A DNA stretch of 64,000 nucleotides, taken from NCBI RefSeq assembly GCF_009914755.1, contig NC_060927.1. One strand, written 5' to 3'. Within the stretch, counting starts at the first letter, position 1. Every line of letters starts with the position of its first letter. The position numbers and the translations under genes were made by a program. The notes under the pieces are model-generated. The model saw nothing but the letters and a program-made list of their open reading frames with translations, did not search any database and was not told where the DNA came from. Shown here piece by piece: positions 19,034 to 32,874 of the stretch. The stretch is from the human T2T-CHM13v2.0 reference genome, Homo sapiens.

Positions 19034-20945
19034 TTTTTTTTGTAAGTCAGGTGTTCATTTATTAAATACAAGTTTTGAACTAACTCTGCCAGGCAAGTTT
19101 GACAAGAAGCAACCTTCCTGAAATGTTTCAAAATACGGTCATGTTGATTATATTTTATTTCAAGCAACCTTTTTGTTCTTCATTTTCTGTTTCTGGGTTT
19201 ATTTCCTGGTGAGCAGTTAGAGCATGTGCATTATTTCCTCACATGACATCAAGAGTGCAGCATCAGCCTCTGGCTTGTAAAGGCACCCAGTAGGCTTATG
19301 TTCTGTACAATCGCTGCTTAGCAACCAGCATCAAGTAAAGTAATTAAGCTTTTGTAGAGTGTGGTACCAAATAGCAACTGGCACCTTCACCTGCACCATT
19401 AAAAAACCTTTAAAGTTTCCTTCAGTTTTGAGATATCCATTAAAAACTATATTAAAAAAACAAAACCCAGACTTCTTGATAAAATGTACTTAAACGATTT
19501 TCCAAGTTTAGTATTAGCCTCTTGGTAAGTTATGAGCAATACCAGAGCTGAGTAAGAGTCGTCATTTTCCTATCATACTCCAGCAAAGCCAATAAATAAA
19601 ACTAGGTATGTTAGAAAGTCTGCCCTACTAGATTTAGAGCTGCTTCTAAGTTCCAGACAAAACACCTTTTTAAGCTTCCAAGTGTATATGCACACAGTGT
19701 TGTACCAAGATGATAACTTTTTAAAATCTAATTTTTTAGATGTCCTTAAATTACTTCACAGAAAGAAAAAAGGCACAGAGGACACTTGGTTTCCTCACCA
19801 GTGGTGGCCTTAAGCTACACACTTGCCTGTGCTAAGAGTTTAAAGATATTCAGCAGCATTAATGGTGCCATAGCCCTTCATAGAAAGTTTCAGGAAAAGA
19901 GCTTAAAAAGCAGAAGAAAAGCTTGCCAAAAAGGCTTACAATCTGAAGGTTAAATGCAGAAGAATACAGACAGAGACTAGAGGCAGCACCAAGGTTGTTA
20001 ACCAGGAAGCTGCTGAGAATAGCTGCTTTCTGAGGTTTCTTCCCCATTTTCCTCCAGTTTTCTCCTGAAAACTCTGGTCTTTTCCCCTCTTGTTTTTAAA
20101 ATGAAAACATCCTGTTAGATTGGGTTTGGAGGATAAATGCAAATAGGCAGAAGCTTATTTTATACAGAGTTCATTCTCAGAGAGGAAAAGGAGAATAATA
20201 AATATTGAATGAAGCTAATTTTAGAAAATAAGCAAATCCTGTCAACGCATGCTTTAGAGGCCCAGGGAGCACACTGAATGAATCTTACATTCTGGCATTT
20301 GCAAAAGTGTCCTCAACTTCCTTTTTCATTTATAAGCACAGCAATAGGCAACATCTATTTTATATCTAGGGTGGAAAGCCCTCTTAGATTTGAGGCTTTC
20401 CAGCTGATACCATCAAAAAAACATCAAGGACTGCTTATAGCAATTTGTGTTGAAATATAAAACTATTTTATTTGATCTTTCAACCATAGTTAATAACGTG
20501 CTCCAAATGAAGCAGTGACACCCATTTCTCAATCTTATCATTTTTCTTGTCACTTATGACATCTCTGGGCTTAGAAAGATGGTGATATAAAGACAACCCA
20601 TAGGGGAGTGTCCCTACTCAGCATATTAAGCTGCACAATTGAGTAGTGAGCTCAAGCTCAACTTATGAAAGTGGCGTCCATCCACCTACTAACTACACCA
20701 GGCTAAGTGGATATTTAAAATGTCTTGTGGACAAGGTTGTGCTCAAATTCCTACTTTGTTAATTGAATGCCTAACTCTGTGATAGAAGCAGCTCTTAGAA
20801 GTCAGGTCACAAGCCCAAATATTAACCATATACATTTTATAATATCAGAACTTTGTCAAGAATGAGTATGTTAGCAAACATGGCCACATACTGCATACAT
20901 CTCACTCTGGAAGAGAAAATGTAAAGTGGTACTCAGTTTACTCTT

Positions 20946-20981
<36 letters not shown>

Positions 20982-21009
20982 CTCACACGCTGAAATATAC
21001 TGTTGATAT
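19034..21009 (-). pseudogene. Retrotransposed copy of a non-coding, 3'-UTR-like RNA end; source gene unidentified
   Basis: 14-bp TSD TACTTAGTCATCTT (19020-19033, 21010-21023), poly(A) at 19032-19041, AATAAA at 19063-19058, TCTT/AA nick site; no recognisable repeat inside. Confidence 0.85.
20947..20978. repeat. (TG)n microsatellite inside the retrocopy
   Basis: Read directly. Confidence 0.95.
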
Positions 21010-21949
21010 TACTTAGTCATCTTAAATATGGACTAGACGTATTGACTCACTTCTAATAAATAGAATATGAAGAAGTAATGGGAAGTGACTTTCAAAATTA
21101 GGTTATAAAAAGACCGTGGCTTCCGTCTTGAGGGTTTGCTCTCTCTAGCTCTCTTGCTTATTCATTCTGAGAGAAGCCAGCTACCATATTGCAAGCTGAC
21201 CTATGGAGAGGTCCAAATGACAAAGAGGCTTCTGGCCAAGAGTCAACAAGAAACTAAAGCCCTTAGTTCACTGCCTTCAAACAACTGAATCTTGTCAACA
21301 AAACCACACAATCAGCTTAGAAGCAGATTCTCTAGCCCCAGTTGAGCCTTTTGATGGCTGCACTCCCAATTTATGCTTAAATGCAAGTTTATGAGAGAAA
21401 CAATCAGAGGCACTCAGTTAATTTATACTCATATTCTTGACTCACAGAAACTGAGATAATAAATGTTTCTTGTTTCAAGCCACTGAATTTTGGGACAATT
21501 TTTTTACATAGCCATAGATAATGATAACTGATACATATGTATTTCATTATTTTTGTTACTATGACATGTTTTTGATGCCATTATTATGTTCTTTATTTCA
21601 TTTTTCTGTTAGTTGCTAGTATATAAAAATATAATTTAGTTTTGTATACTGAACATGAATTTCATGATTTCGCTAAATTCACTTATTAGTTCTACTGGTT
21701 ATTTAGTATCTACCAGTTTGTGTGCCTTTTTTCTCCCTATTGCCTGAGGTAGGACATTGAGCATAATGTTCCACAAAAATGAAGAAAGCAGATATATTTG
21801 CCCTTATTTGAAACTTAAGGGAAAGTATTCAGTATTCAACCATTAAGTGTCACTTATCATTAAGCTTTTAAGTTTTTCTTTTTAAATAAATCCCCTCTAT
21901 CCGATTAAAGTAGTTTTCTTCAAACTCTATTTCACAAAAAGTTTTCTAT

Positions 21950-22992
21950 GTATAAAATCATATCTTCTGCACACAAAGATAGTTTTACTTAATCTCTTCT
22001 TATTTAGGTGCCTTTTATTTCTTTCTCTTGCCTGATTGCTCTGGCTAGGACTCTCAGAACTGTGTTGAACAGGAATGGTGAAAATGGGCATCCTTGTTTT
22101 GTTCCAGCTCTCAAGGGGAATGCTTCCAGCTTTTGCTGATTCTGTATGATGTTGGTTGTGGGCTTGTCATAGAGGGCTCTTCTTATTTTGAGGTATCTTC
22201 CTTCAATGTCTAGATTTTTAAGGGTTTTGAACATGAAGTAATGTTGGATTTTATCAAAAGCCTTTTCTGCATCTATTGAAGTAATCACATGATTCCAGTT
22301 TTTAGTTCTGTTTATGTGATGAATCACATTTACTTATTTGTATGTATTGAATCTACCTGGCATCCAAAGGATAAAGCCTACTAGATCATGGGTAGATTAG
22401 CTTTTTGATTTGTTGCTGGATTGGGTATGTCAGTATTTTGTTGAGGATTTTTGCATCTATATTCTTCAAGGATATTGGCCCGAAGTTTTATTTTTCTGTT
22501 GTGTCTCTGCTAGCTCTGCCAGGTTTTGCTATTAGGATGATGCTGGCCTCATAGTGTAAGTTAGAGAGGAGTCTATTCTAAATTTTTTGGAATAGTTTTA
22601 GTAGAAGTGGTACCAGCTCTTTAAAGTACAATTCATCTATGAATTTGTTTGGGCTTTTTCTAGTTGGTAGGTTATTAGATGCAGAATCAATTTTGGAACT
22701 CGTTATTGGTCTGTTCAGGGTTTCAATTTATTCCTGGTTTAATCTTGGGAGTTTGTTGTTTCCAATAATTTATCTATTTCTTGTAGGTTTTCTAGTTTGT
22801 GTGCAGAGGTGTTCACAGCATTTTCTGAGGGATTCTTGTATTTCTGTGGGGTTGGTGGTAATGTCCTCTAAGTCATTTCTGATTGTGTTTATTTGGATAA
22901 TCTCTTTTATTCTTTATTAGTCTAGCTAGCAACCTATCAATCTTATTTATTGTTTCAGATAACCAACTTCTGGTTTCATCGATGTTTTCTAT
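21950..22992 (-). mobile_element. L1 ORF2 segment (inverted 5' part of an L1PB-like copy)
   Basis: ORF 22004..22327 is RT-like ([13 protein letters not shown]; QGCPFSP). Confidence 0.85.
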
Positions 22993-23657
22993 GTTTTTTT
23001 TTAAATTATACTTTAAGTTTTAGGGTACATGTGCACAACGTGCAGGTTAGTTACATATGTATACATGTGACATGTTGGTGTGCTGCACCCATTAACTCGT
23101 CATTTAGCATTAGGTATATCTCCTAATGCTATCCCTCCCCCTCCCCCCACCCCACAACAGTCCCCAGTGTGTGATGTTCCCCTTCCTGTGTCCATGTGTT
23201 CTCATTGTTCAATTCCCACCTATGAGTGAGAACATGCGGTGTTTGGTTTTTTGTCCTTGCGACAGTTTGCTGAGAATGATGGTTTCCAGCTTCATCCATG
23301 TCCCTACAAAGGACGTGAACTCATCATTTTTTATGGCTGCATAGTATTCCATGGTGTATATGTGCCACATTTTCTTAATCCAGTCTATCATTGTTGGACA
23401 TTTGGGTTGGTTCCAAGTCTTTGCTATTGTGAATAGTGCCACAATAAACATACCTGTGCATGTGTCTTTATAGCAGCATGTTTTATAATCCTTTGGGTAT
23501 ATACCTAGTAATGGGATGGCTGGGTCAAATGGTATTTCTAGTTCTAGGTCCCTGAGGAATCACCACACTGACTTCCACAATGGTTGAACTAGTTTACAGT
23601 CCCACCAACAGTGTAAAAGTGTTCCTATTTCTCCACATCCTCTCCAGCACCTGTTGT
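22993..23657 (-). mobile_element. Younger 5'-truncated L1PA 3' end (~660 bp)
   Basis: Poly-T then ttatactttaagttttagggtacatgtgcacaacgtgcagg; imperfect TSD tctatg(g)ttttt on both sides. Confidence 0.92.
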
Positions 23658-23674
23658 GTCTATGGTTTTTCACA

Positions 23675-24152
23675 ACTCAAAAAAGAATGTAGACATATAG
23701 ATGGCCAACACACACGTGAAACATGTGAAAATCGCTATCACCAGAGAAGTGCAAATCAAAACCACAATGAGATGCCACCTCACACCACTCAGACTGGTTA
23801 TTACTAAAAAGTCAAGAAATAACCGGTGCTGGCAAGTTTGCAGAGAAAAAGGGACAGTTATATACTGCTGGTGGGAATGTAAATTAAGGCAGCCACAGTG
23901 GAAAGCAGTTTGGTGACTTCTCAAAGAACTTGGAACTACCATTCGACCCAGCAATCCCATTATTGGGTATTTATCTAAGAGAATATAAATTGTTCTACCA
24001 TAAAGACATATGCATGTGTATGTTCATCACAGCACTATTCACAAGAGTAAATACATGAAATCAAGCAAAATGCCCATCAATTGTAGACTGGATAAAGAAA
24101 ATGTGGTACAGATACACCATGGAATACTATGCAGTCATAAAAAGAACAAGAT
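23675..24152 (+). mobile_element. L1PB-like 3' segment; continues at ~32520-32872 after the inserted element
   Basis: Breaks at aaaaagaacaagat, resumes at aaccaagaccatgtcc, and runs to ctgaacctaaaataaaag plus A tail. Confidence 0.8.
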
Positions 24153-27100
24153 TGGGAAACTGACCAAGATGGCTGGCTAGAAGCAGCTAGTATGCACCTC
24201 TATCATGGAGAGAAATAGAAGGGGTGAGTAAATACAGTGTTTTCAGCTGAAACATCCAGGTACACACACTGGGATTCATAAAGCAAAAAACTTGACCCAC
24301 AGAGAACAAGGAAAATCAAGGCAGGATGACCACCCACCTAGGAGTGACACAGAGTCAGGGGAGCCTCCCCTACACAGGGAAGTGGTGTGTGAGTGACTGA
24401 TTCCGGGCACCCATTCTTCTCCCATGGATCTTTGCAACCCTCAGGTCAGGAAATCCCCTCATGAACCGACTCCATCAAGGCCTTCAGTCTAACATGGAGT
24501 CTTAGCAGAGCAGCCATCCAAGCACACGTGGAGCCCTAGGTGCTTCAGATACTTGGGGTTCCCAGCAAAAGTGGCTGCAACTTCAGCAAAGTCAGAGATT
24601 AGACTCCTGAACGTACTCTAGGAAAGGAGGTGATCCAGGAGGCCTGAGTAGCAATGGTCTACAGGCATCACTCCCATGGCATCTCCTGGGATAAGACCCA
24701 CTGCTTGAAACTTCAGTCATCCACCAGTAGCAGCATTACACCTCCCTGAGACCAAGCTCTGAGAGGGAGGTGCAAGCCACCATCTTTGCTGTTTCATAGC
24801 CTTAGCCATTGTTGCCTTTAGTGCAGCTGCCCTGTGGAAGAGTAGCCAGCTTGCTTTTTTACACAGGTCCATGATCCTGCTTCTCCTCTCTGGGCAGGTG
24901 AGTGAATGAGTGATTCTGGGTATCCATGCTTCTCCCATGGATCTTTGCAACTCTTGGGTCAGCCCCCTGAATCATCTCCTTTCCTAGAGGTATGGACAGG
25001 GATCTAACCCCCAACCTTGCTCAAATTGCTGCCACTTTTGCTGGGAAGCCCAGGTATCTAAATTGCCCAGGGCTCCATATGAGTGGCTGCTCTGCTAATA
25101 TTCCATGTAGCTCTGCATGTCAGACTGTAGACTGGGCTCTCCAGTCACCCTAGCCAGTGTTTTCTGGGTTGCAGTGGTTCCCAGCCTCCCTGGGATGGAG
25201 GTCCCTGTGGGAGGGATGGGCCACCATCTTTGCTGTTACACAGCCTTAGCCATTGTTGCCTTTGAGCTCTAGGGATTCTGAGGTGACTAGGGACTGGAAA
25301 AGTCCCCCAGAACAGTGCAGCTGCTCTATGGATAAACAGCCAGACTGCATTTTCACATGGGTCCGAGGTCCTAGTTCTCTTCCCCAGGCAGAATTTCCTG
25401 ACCACAGTCTATGACCACCCCCACCAGTGTTTTCTGGTCAGCAGCAGTTTCCAACCTCCCTGGGATGGGGCTACCAGAGGGAGAGGTAGGCCACCATCTT
25501 TGCTGTTTCTCAACTTAAGCATGGTGGCCTTTAGGCTTTGGAGAGTGTGAAGCAACTGGAGGTTTAAGCAGACCCCCAGAACAGCACAATTGCTCTATGA
25601 AAAAGCAGACAGAATGCCTTTTTATGCAGGTTCCTGATTTTGATCCTTCTCACTGGGTGGGATATCCTGATTGGGGTCTCCAGCCACCCCTGCTGGTGTT
25701 TTCTGGTCAGCAGCAATTTCAGAACTCTCTGGGACAGAGCTCTCAGAAGGTGGAGTAGACTGCCATCTTTGCTGTTTAGTAGCCTTAGCCATTGTTGCCT
25801 TCAGGCTTTAGAGAGTCAAGGTGACCAGGGACTGGAGTGAACTGCCAGCAAAGCACTGCTGCCCTTGGGAAAATAGGTCAGACTGCTTTTTTAAGTGGGT
25901 CCATGATCCCATTCCTCCACAGTAGGCGAGATCTACCAAGTGGAGACTCCAGCCACCTCCTGCTGGTGTGTTCAGGCTGGCAAAATGTCTGTACCTCCCT
26001 GGGTTGGAGTTCCCAAAGGGAGGGGGAGGAGCAGGCCACCATTTTTCTGTTTCACAGCCATCACTAATGATACCTTCAGGTCCTGGAAAATCTGAGGAGA
26101 CTAGGGACTGGTGATGACTGCCAGCATACCACAGCATCCTTACGAAAAAGTAACCAGACTGTTATGTGGGCCCTTAAACCTATGTCTCCTCACTAAGCTT
26201 GGGCCCACAGCACAGATCCCGCATTCTGGACAATTGCACTGAATGATTACTCACCTGCATCTCTCTGGGGTAGAACCCCCAGCAGACAGGCAAAAGACCT
26301 TCATCCACAACCACTGCTAAGGTCATTTCCACTGTTGCCGCCAAGTTGGGGAAGGCAACAGTGAGATCACACAAGAGCTGTGGTAGGCAGCCTTGGAGTG
26401 CCAATTTGTGATCTACAGCCAGCACTCAAGTAGGAAAGGAGCCCACATGTTCAGGGCATTGACAGAGAGCATGGCTGCAACTGTAAGGAAATGTAGGGGA
26501 GCCATGTGACCAAGCAAGAGCCCACCAACTGACCACAATACCTAACCACCACCTACTGGTTCACACCCCAAAGTTTCAACACCAAAAATACCTCCTCACT
26601 AACATATCTGCCCTGTGAAACCAAAGACAAGAAGTCATTTGCAAATAAAGACTCTGCAGAAAGCCTTGGCCCAATGAAAACATTCAGAAAAGAAGTCTAC
26701 TGACTGCACACAATCTGCACCACAGCTAAAGGGACACCCAAACACAGAGATGAGAAAGAACCAATGCAAGAACTCTGTCAACTCAAATGGCCAGAGTGTC
26801 TTATATCCTCCAAATGACCACACTAGTTCTCCGACATGGGTTCTTAACCAGGGTGAGTTGGCTGAGACAACAGAAATAGAATTCAGAATGTGGATAGTAA
26901 TGAATATCATCAAGATTCAGAAGAATGGCAAAACCAATCCGAGGAAGCTAAGAATCACAATAAAATGATACACAGATCTGATCTGAGAGAGCTGAAAAGC
27001 ACACTACAAAAATTCCACAAGGTTATTGCCAGTATTAACAGCAGAATAAACCAAGATGAGGAAAGAATCTTGGAACTTGAAGGCTTGATCCATGAAATAA

Positions 27101-30100
27101 GACAGTCAGATAAAAATGAAAAAAGAATGAAAAAGTTTAAACAAAACTTCTGAAAAATATGGGATTATGTAAAGGGGTAAAACTACAAATTATTGGCATC
27201 CCTGCAAGGAATGAGGAGAAAGCAAACAACTTAAAACACATATTTCAGAAAATTGTTCATGAAACTTCTCCAAACTTGCTAGAGAGGCCAACAGTCAAAT
27301 TCAGGAAATACAGAGAACCCTTGCAAGATTCTATACAAGAAGATCATCCCCAAGACACACAATCATCAGATTTTACAATGTCAAAATGAAGAAAAGAAAA
27401 TTAAAGGCAGCTAGAGAGAAAGGGCAGGTCGCCTACAAAAGGAACCCCATCAGGCTAACAGTGGATCTCTCAGTAGAAATCCTACAAGCCAGAAGTGACT
27501 GGGGGCTTATATTCAACATTCTTAGACAAAAAATCGTCAACCAATAATTTCATATCCAGCCAAACTAAGCTTCCTAAGTGAACATGAAATAAATTTTTTT
27601 TTATTTCAGATAAGCAAATACTGAAGGAGTTGGTTACCAACAGACTTGCCTTGCAAGAGATCTGGAAAAAAGCACTAAATATAGAAAGGAAAGATCACTG
27701 ACAGCCAACACAAAAACACACATAAATACATAGACTAGTGACACAATAAAGCAACTATACAAACAAACTGACATAATAACCAGCTAACAACACAATGGCA
27801 AGATCAAATCCACACATATCAATAATAACCTTGACTATAAATGGGTTAAATGCCCCATTTAAAAGACAGAGAGCAGCAAGCTGGATAAAGAACCAAGAGC
27901 CAATGGTGTGCTGTCTTCGAGAGACCCCTTTCATCTGCAGTGACACTCATAGGCTCAAAATAAAATATTTTCCAAGCAAATGGAAAACAAAAAAAAAGCA
28001 GGAGTTAAACAATCCTATTTGCAGACAAAACAGACTTAAAACAACAAAGTTTTTAAAAACACAAAGAAGGGCATTACACAATGGTAAAGGGTTCAATTCA
28101 ATAAGAAGACCTAACTATACTAAATATTAATGCACCTAACAGAGGAGCACTGAGATTCATAAACCAAGTTCTTAGAGACCTACAAAGAGACTTATACTCC
28201 CACACAAGAATAGTGGGAGACTTTCACACTCCACGGACAGTAGCAAACGTATCATTAAGGCAGAAAATGAACAAAGATATTCAGGATCTGAACTCAGCAT
28301 TGGACCAAATGGACCTTATGGACCTCTATAGAATTCTCCATCAAAAAACAACAGAATATACATTCTTCTCATCACCACATGGCAAAAAGTCTAAAATCAA
28401 CCACACAATCAAACGTAAAACAATCCTCAGCAAATGCAATAGAAAAAAATCATACTGAACACACTCTAAGATCACAGCACAATAAAAACAGAAATTAAGG
28501 CTAAAAAACTACTCAAAACCATCCAATTACATGGAAATTAAACAACCTGCTTCTTAATGAGTTTTGGGTAAATAATAAAATAAAGGCAGAAATCAAGAAG
28601 TTCTTCAAAACTAATATGAACAAAAAGACAACATACCAGAATTTCTGGGACACAGCTAAGGCAATGTCAAGAGAGAAATTTATATCATGAAACGCCCAAA
28701 TCAAAAAGAAAGATCTCAAGTTAACAACCTAAAATCACAACTAAAAGAACTAGAGAAGCAAGAGCAAACCAGTCCCAAAGCTAACAGAAGATAAGAAATA
28801 ACCAAAATCAGAGCTGAACCGAGGAGATCAAAACACACACAAAAAATCATTCAAAAGATCAATGGATGCGGTGGTTCTTTTTATTTATGAAAAAATTAAT
28901 AAGACAGATAAGCTTCTAGCTAGACTAATAAAGAAGAGAACATTCAAATAAGCCCAATTAAAAATGACAAAGTGTATGCTACCACTGACCCCACAAAAAT
29001 ACAAATAACCATCAGAGACTACTATGAACACCCCTATGCACACAAACTAGAAAACCTAGAAGAGATGGATAAGTTCCTAGACACATACATCTTTCCAAGC
29101 CTCAACCAGGAAGAAAGTGTTTCCCTGAACAGGCCAGTAGTGAGTTCCCAAATTGAATCAGTAACAAATAGACCAACCAAAAAAAGCCATGGACCAGACA
29201 AATTTGCAGGCTAATTCTACCAGATACACAAAGAAGAGTTGGTACCATTTCTACTTAAACTATTCCAAAAAATGGAGAAGGAAAAACTCCTCCCCAAATC
29301 ATTCTATGAGGCTAGCATCATCCTAATATCAAAACCTGGCAGAGAAACAACAAAAAAGAAAACTTAAGGCCAATATGCTTGATGAACATTGATGCAAAAA
29401 TCCTCAACAAAATACTAGTAAACCAAAATCCAGCAGCACATGGAAAAGCTAAGCCACCACAATCAAGTAGGCTTGATTGGGATGCAAGGTTGGTTCAATA
29501 TATGCAAATAAATAAATGTTATTGATCAGAACAGAAGTTAAGACAAACTATATGATGATCTCCATAGATGCAGAAAAGACTGATAAAATTCAACATCTCT
29601 TCCTGTTAAAAACTCTCAATCTACTAGGTATCGAAGGACCATACCTCAAAATAATAAGAGCCCTTTATGACAAACCCACAGCCAATATCATACTGAGTAG
29701 GCAAAGGCTAGATGCATTCTTCCTGAATACTGGCACAAGACAAGGATGCCCTCTCTCACCAGTCCTACTCATTATAGTACCGGAAGTCCTGGCCAGGTCA
29801 ATCAGGCAAGAGAAAGAAATAAAGTGCATCCAAATAGGAAAAGAAGTCAAATTATCCTTATTTGCAGATGACATGATTCTGTATCTAGAAAACCCCACAG
29901 TTGGCCCAAATCTCCATCAACTGGTAAACAGCTTCAGCAAAATTTCAGGATACAAAATCATCATACAAAATTCATCAGCATTCTTATGCACCACCACCAA
30001 CCAAGCCAAGAGCCAAATCAAGAATTCAATCCCATTCATAATTGCCCAAATAATACCTAAGAATATAGCTAACCAGTGGGGTAAAAAATCTCTACAATGA

Positions 30101-31427
30101 GAATTACAAAATTCTGCCCAATGAAATCAGAGATGACACAAATGAATGGAAAATAATCCATGTTCATGGATAGGAAGAATCAATATCATTAAAATGGACA
30201 TACTGCCCCAAAGAATTTACAAATTGAATGCTATTCTTATCAAACTAACAATGACATTCACAGAACTAGAAAAATCTATTTTAAAATTCGTATGGAACCA
30301 AAAAGAGCCCAAATAGCCAGGGTAATACTAAGCAGAAAGAACAAAGTTGGAGGCATCACATTACCTGACTTCAAAATGTCCAACAGGGCTACAGTAATCA
30401 AAACTGCATGGGTACTGGTACAAAAACAGACATTTATACCAACAGAGTAGAAGAGAGGGCCCGGAAATAAGGCTGCACACCTACAACCATCTTATCTTGG
30501 ACAAGGCTGTCAAAAAGAAGCAATAGGGAAAGGACTCCCTATTCAATAAATGGTTTTGGGATAACTAGCTAGCCATATACAGAAGGTAGAAACTGGACCC
30601 CTTCGTTACACTACATAAGAAAATCAACTCAAGATAGATTAAAGACTTAAATGTAAGACTCAAAGCTATAAAAACCCTGGAAGACGACCTAGGCAATACC
30701 ATGCTGGACATAGATAGTGGCAAAGATTTCATGACAAAGATGCCAACAGCAATCACAACAAAAGCAAAACTTGATAAAATTGATCTAATTAAACGTAAGA
30801 GTTTCTGCACAGCAAAAGAAACTATCAACAGAGTAAATATAAAACCTACAGAATGGGAGAAAATATTTGCCAACTATGCATCTGACAAAGGTCTAATATC
30901 CAGCATTTATAAGGAACTTAAACAAATTTACAAGAAAACAACCCCATTAAAAGTAGGTAAAGGACATGAGCAGACAGTTTTCAAAAGAAGACGTACATGC
31001 AGCTAACAAGCATATTTTAAAAAGCTCAGTATCATTGATCATTAGAGTAATGCAAATCAAAACCATTATGAGATACCATCTCACACCAGTCAGAATAGCT
31101 ATTATTAAAAAGTCAAAAAATAACAAATGCTGGCGAGGTTGCAGAGAAAACTGAACACTTATACAGTTAGTGGGAGTGTAAGGTAGTTCAATCATTGTGG
31201 AAAGCAGTGTGGCAATTCTTCAAAGAGCTAAAATCAGAATTACCATTTGACCCAGCAATCCCATTCCTGTGTATATGCCCAAAAGAATATAAATTGTTCT
31301 ACCATAAAGACACATGCATGCCTATGCTCATTGCAGCACTATTCACAAATAGCAAAGATATAGAATTAACCTAAATGCCCACCATGGCAGATTGGATAAA
31401 GAAAATGTACATATACACCACAGAATA

Positions 31428-32181
31428 TGTATTAGTCCAGTCTCACATTGCTATCAAGAACTACCTGAGATTTGGGTGGGTTTTTTTGTTTGTTTGTTTG
31501 TTTGGGTTTTTTTGTTTTTGTTTTTGTTTTTGAGATGGAGTCTCACTCTGTCGCCCAGGCTGGAGTGCAACAGTGCAATCTCAGCTCACGGCAACCTCCA
31601 CCTTTAGGGTTCAAGAGATTCTCATGTCTCGGTCTCCTGAGTATCTGGGACTACAGGTGCGCACCACCACACAGGCTATTTGTATTTTTATTTTTAGTTT
31701 TACAGGTATTTGTATTTTTAGTAGAGACAGGGTTTCATCATGTTGGCTGGGCTGGTCTCAAACTCCTGACCTCAAGTGATCCACCCACTTCAGCCTCCTA
31801 AAGTGCTGAGATTACAGGCATGAGCCACCATACCCAGCCAGACTGGGTAATTTATAAAGAAGAAAGGTTTAATTGGCTCATGATTCTGCAGAGTGTACAG
31901 GAAGCATGGCTGGGGAGGACTCAGGAAACTTACAATCACGGCAGAAGGCAAAGGGGAAAAGCAGGCAAAATCTTCACATGGCAGAGCAGGAGAGAGAGAG
32001 AGTCAAAGGGGAAGTGCTACACATTTTTAAACAACCAGATCTCATGAGAACTCACTCACTATCATGAGAACAGTAAGGGGGAAATCCACCCCCATGATCC
32101 AGTCACGAGGTCCCTCCCCTAACATTGGGAATTACAATTCAACATGAGATTTGGGTGGGGACACAAAGCCAAACCACATTA
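31428..32181. mobile_element. MSTA/MSTB-like MaLR solo LTR
   Basis: tgtattagtcc...atttgggtggggacacaaagccaaaccacatta; 5-bp TSD GAATA at 31423-31427 and 32182-32186. Confidence 0.9.
31476..31838 (-). mobile_element. AluS inside the MST LTR
   Basis: (GTTT)n tail, Alu body, small duplication in the linker. Confidence 0.92.
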
Positions 32182-32874
32182 GAATATTATGCAGCCACAT
32201 AAAAGAATGAGATCATGTCCTGCAGGAAAATGGACAGAGCTGGAGGCCATTATCTTTAGTAAACTAACGCAGGAACAGAAAACCAAATACTGCATGTTCT
32301 TACTTATAAGTGGGAGCTAAATGATGAGAACATATGGACACAAAGAAGGGAACAACAGATAGTGGGGACTACTTGAAGGTGGAGGATAGGAGAAGGGAGA
32401 GGATTGGAAAAAAAATAACTATTGGGAACTAGGCTTGGTACCTGGGTGATAAAATATTCTCTACAACAAACCACTGTGACATGAGTTTACCTATCTAAAA
32501 AAAAAAAAAAAAGCAAAAAACATAAACCAAGACCATGTCCTCGTGTCCTTTGCAGCAACATGGATGGAGGTGGAGATCATTATCTTAAGTGAACTAACAC
32601 AAGAACAGAAAGCCAAATACCATGTATCACACTTATAAGTGGGAGCTAAACATTGAGTACACATGGACACAAGGAAGAAAACAACAGACACTGGGCTTAC
32701 TTGAGGGTGGAGGTTGGGAGGAGGGTGAGAATGGAAAAAATATCTATCAGGTACTATGTTTATTTCCTGGGTGAAATGATCTGTACACCAAACTTCCATG
32801 CCATGCAATTTACCCATACAACAAACCTGCACATGTATCCCTGAACCTAAAATAAAGTTTTACAAAAAGAAAAA

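Larger units (their letters stand above)
18975..21534 (+). mobile_element. MLT1F-like MaLR LTR split by the 2-kb retrocopy (LTR parts ~18975-19033 and 21010-21534)
   Basis: tagaatatgaagaagtaatgggaagtgactttcaaaattaggttataaaaagac...tcaagccactgaattttggg...aactgataca. Confidence 0.75.
24153..32512 (+). mobile_element. Near full-length older primate L1 (L1PA15-16/L1PREC2/L1PB-like) with tandem-repeat 5' UTR, antisense to the gene
   Basis: 5' start ccaagatggctggctagaagcagctag; ORF1-like from ~26750; EN/RT fragments 27795-31200; poly(A) 32497-32512. Confidence 0.9.

Noticed and set aside
19034-21009. Naming the parent gene of the retrocopy
   Set aside because: I cannot recognise the source from sequence; it needs a BLAST search.
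29516-30100. 194-aa RT-like ORF
   Set aside because: Decayed ORF2 of the older L1.
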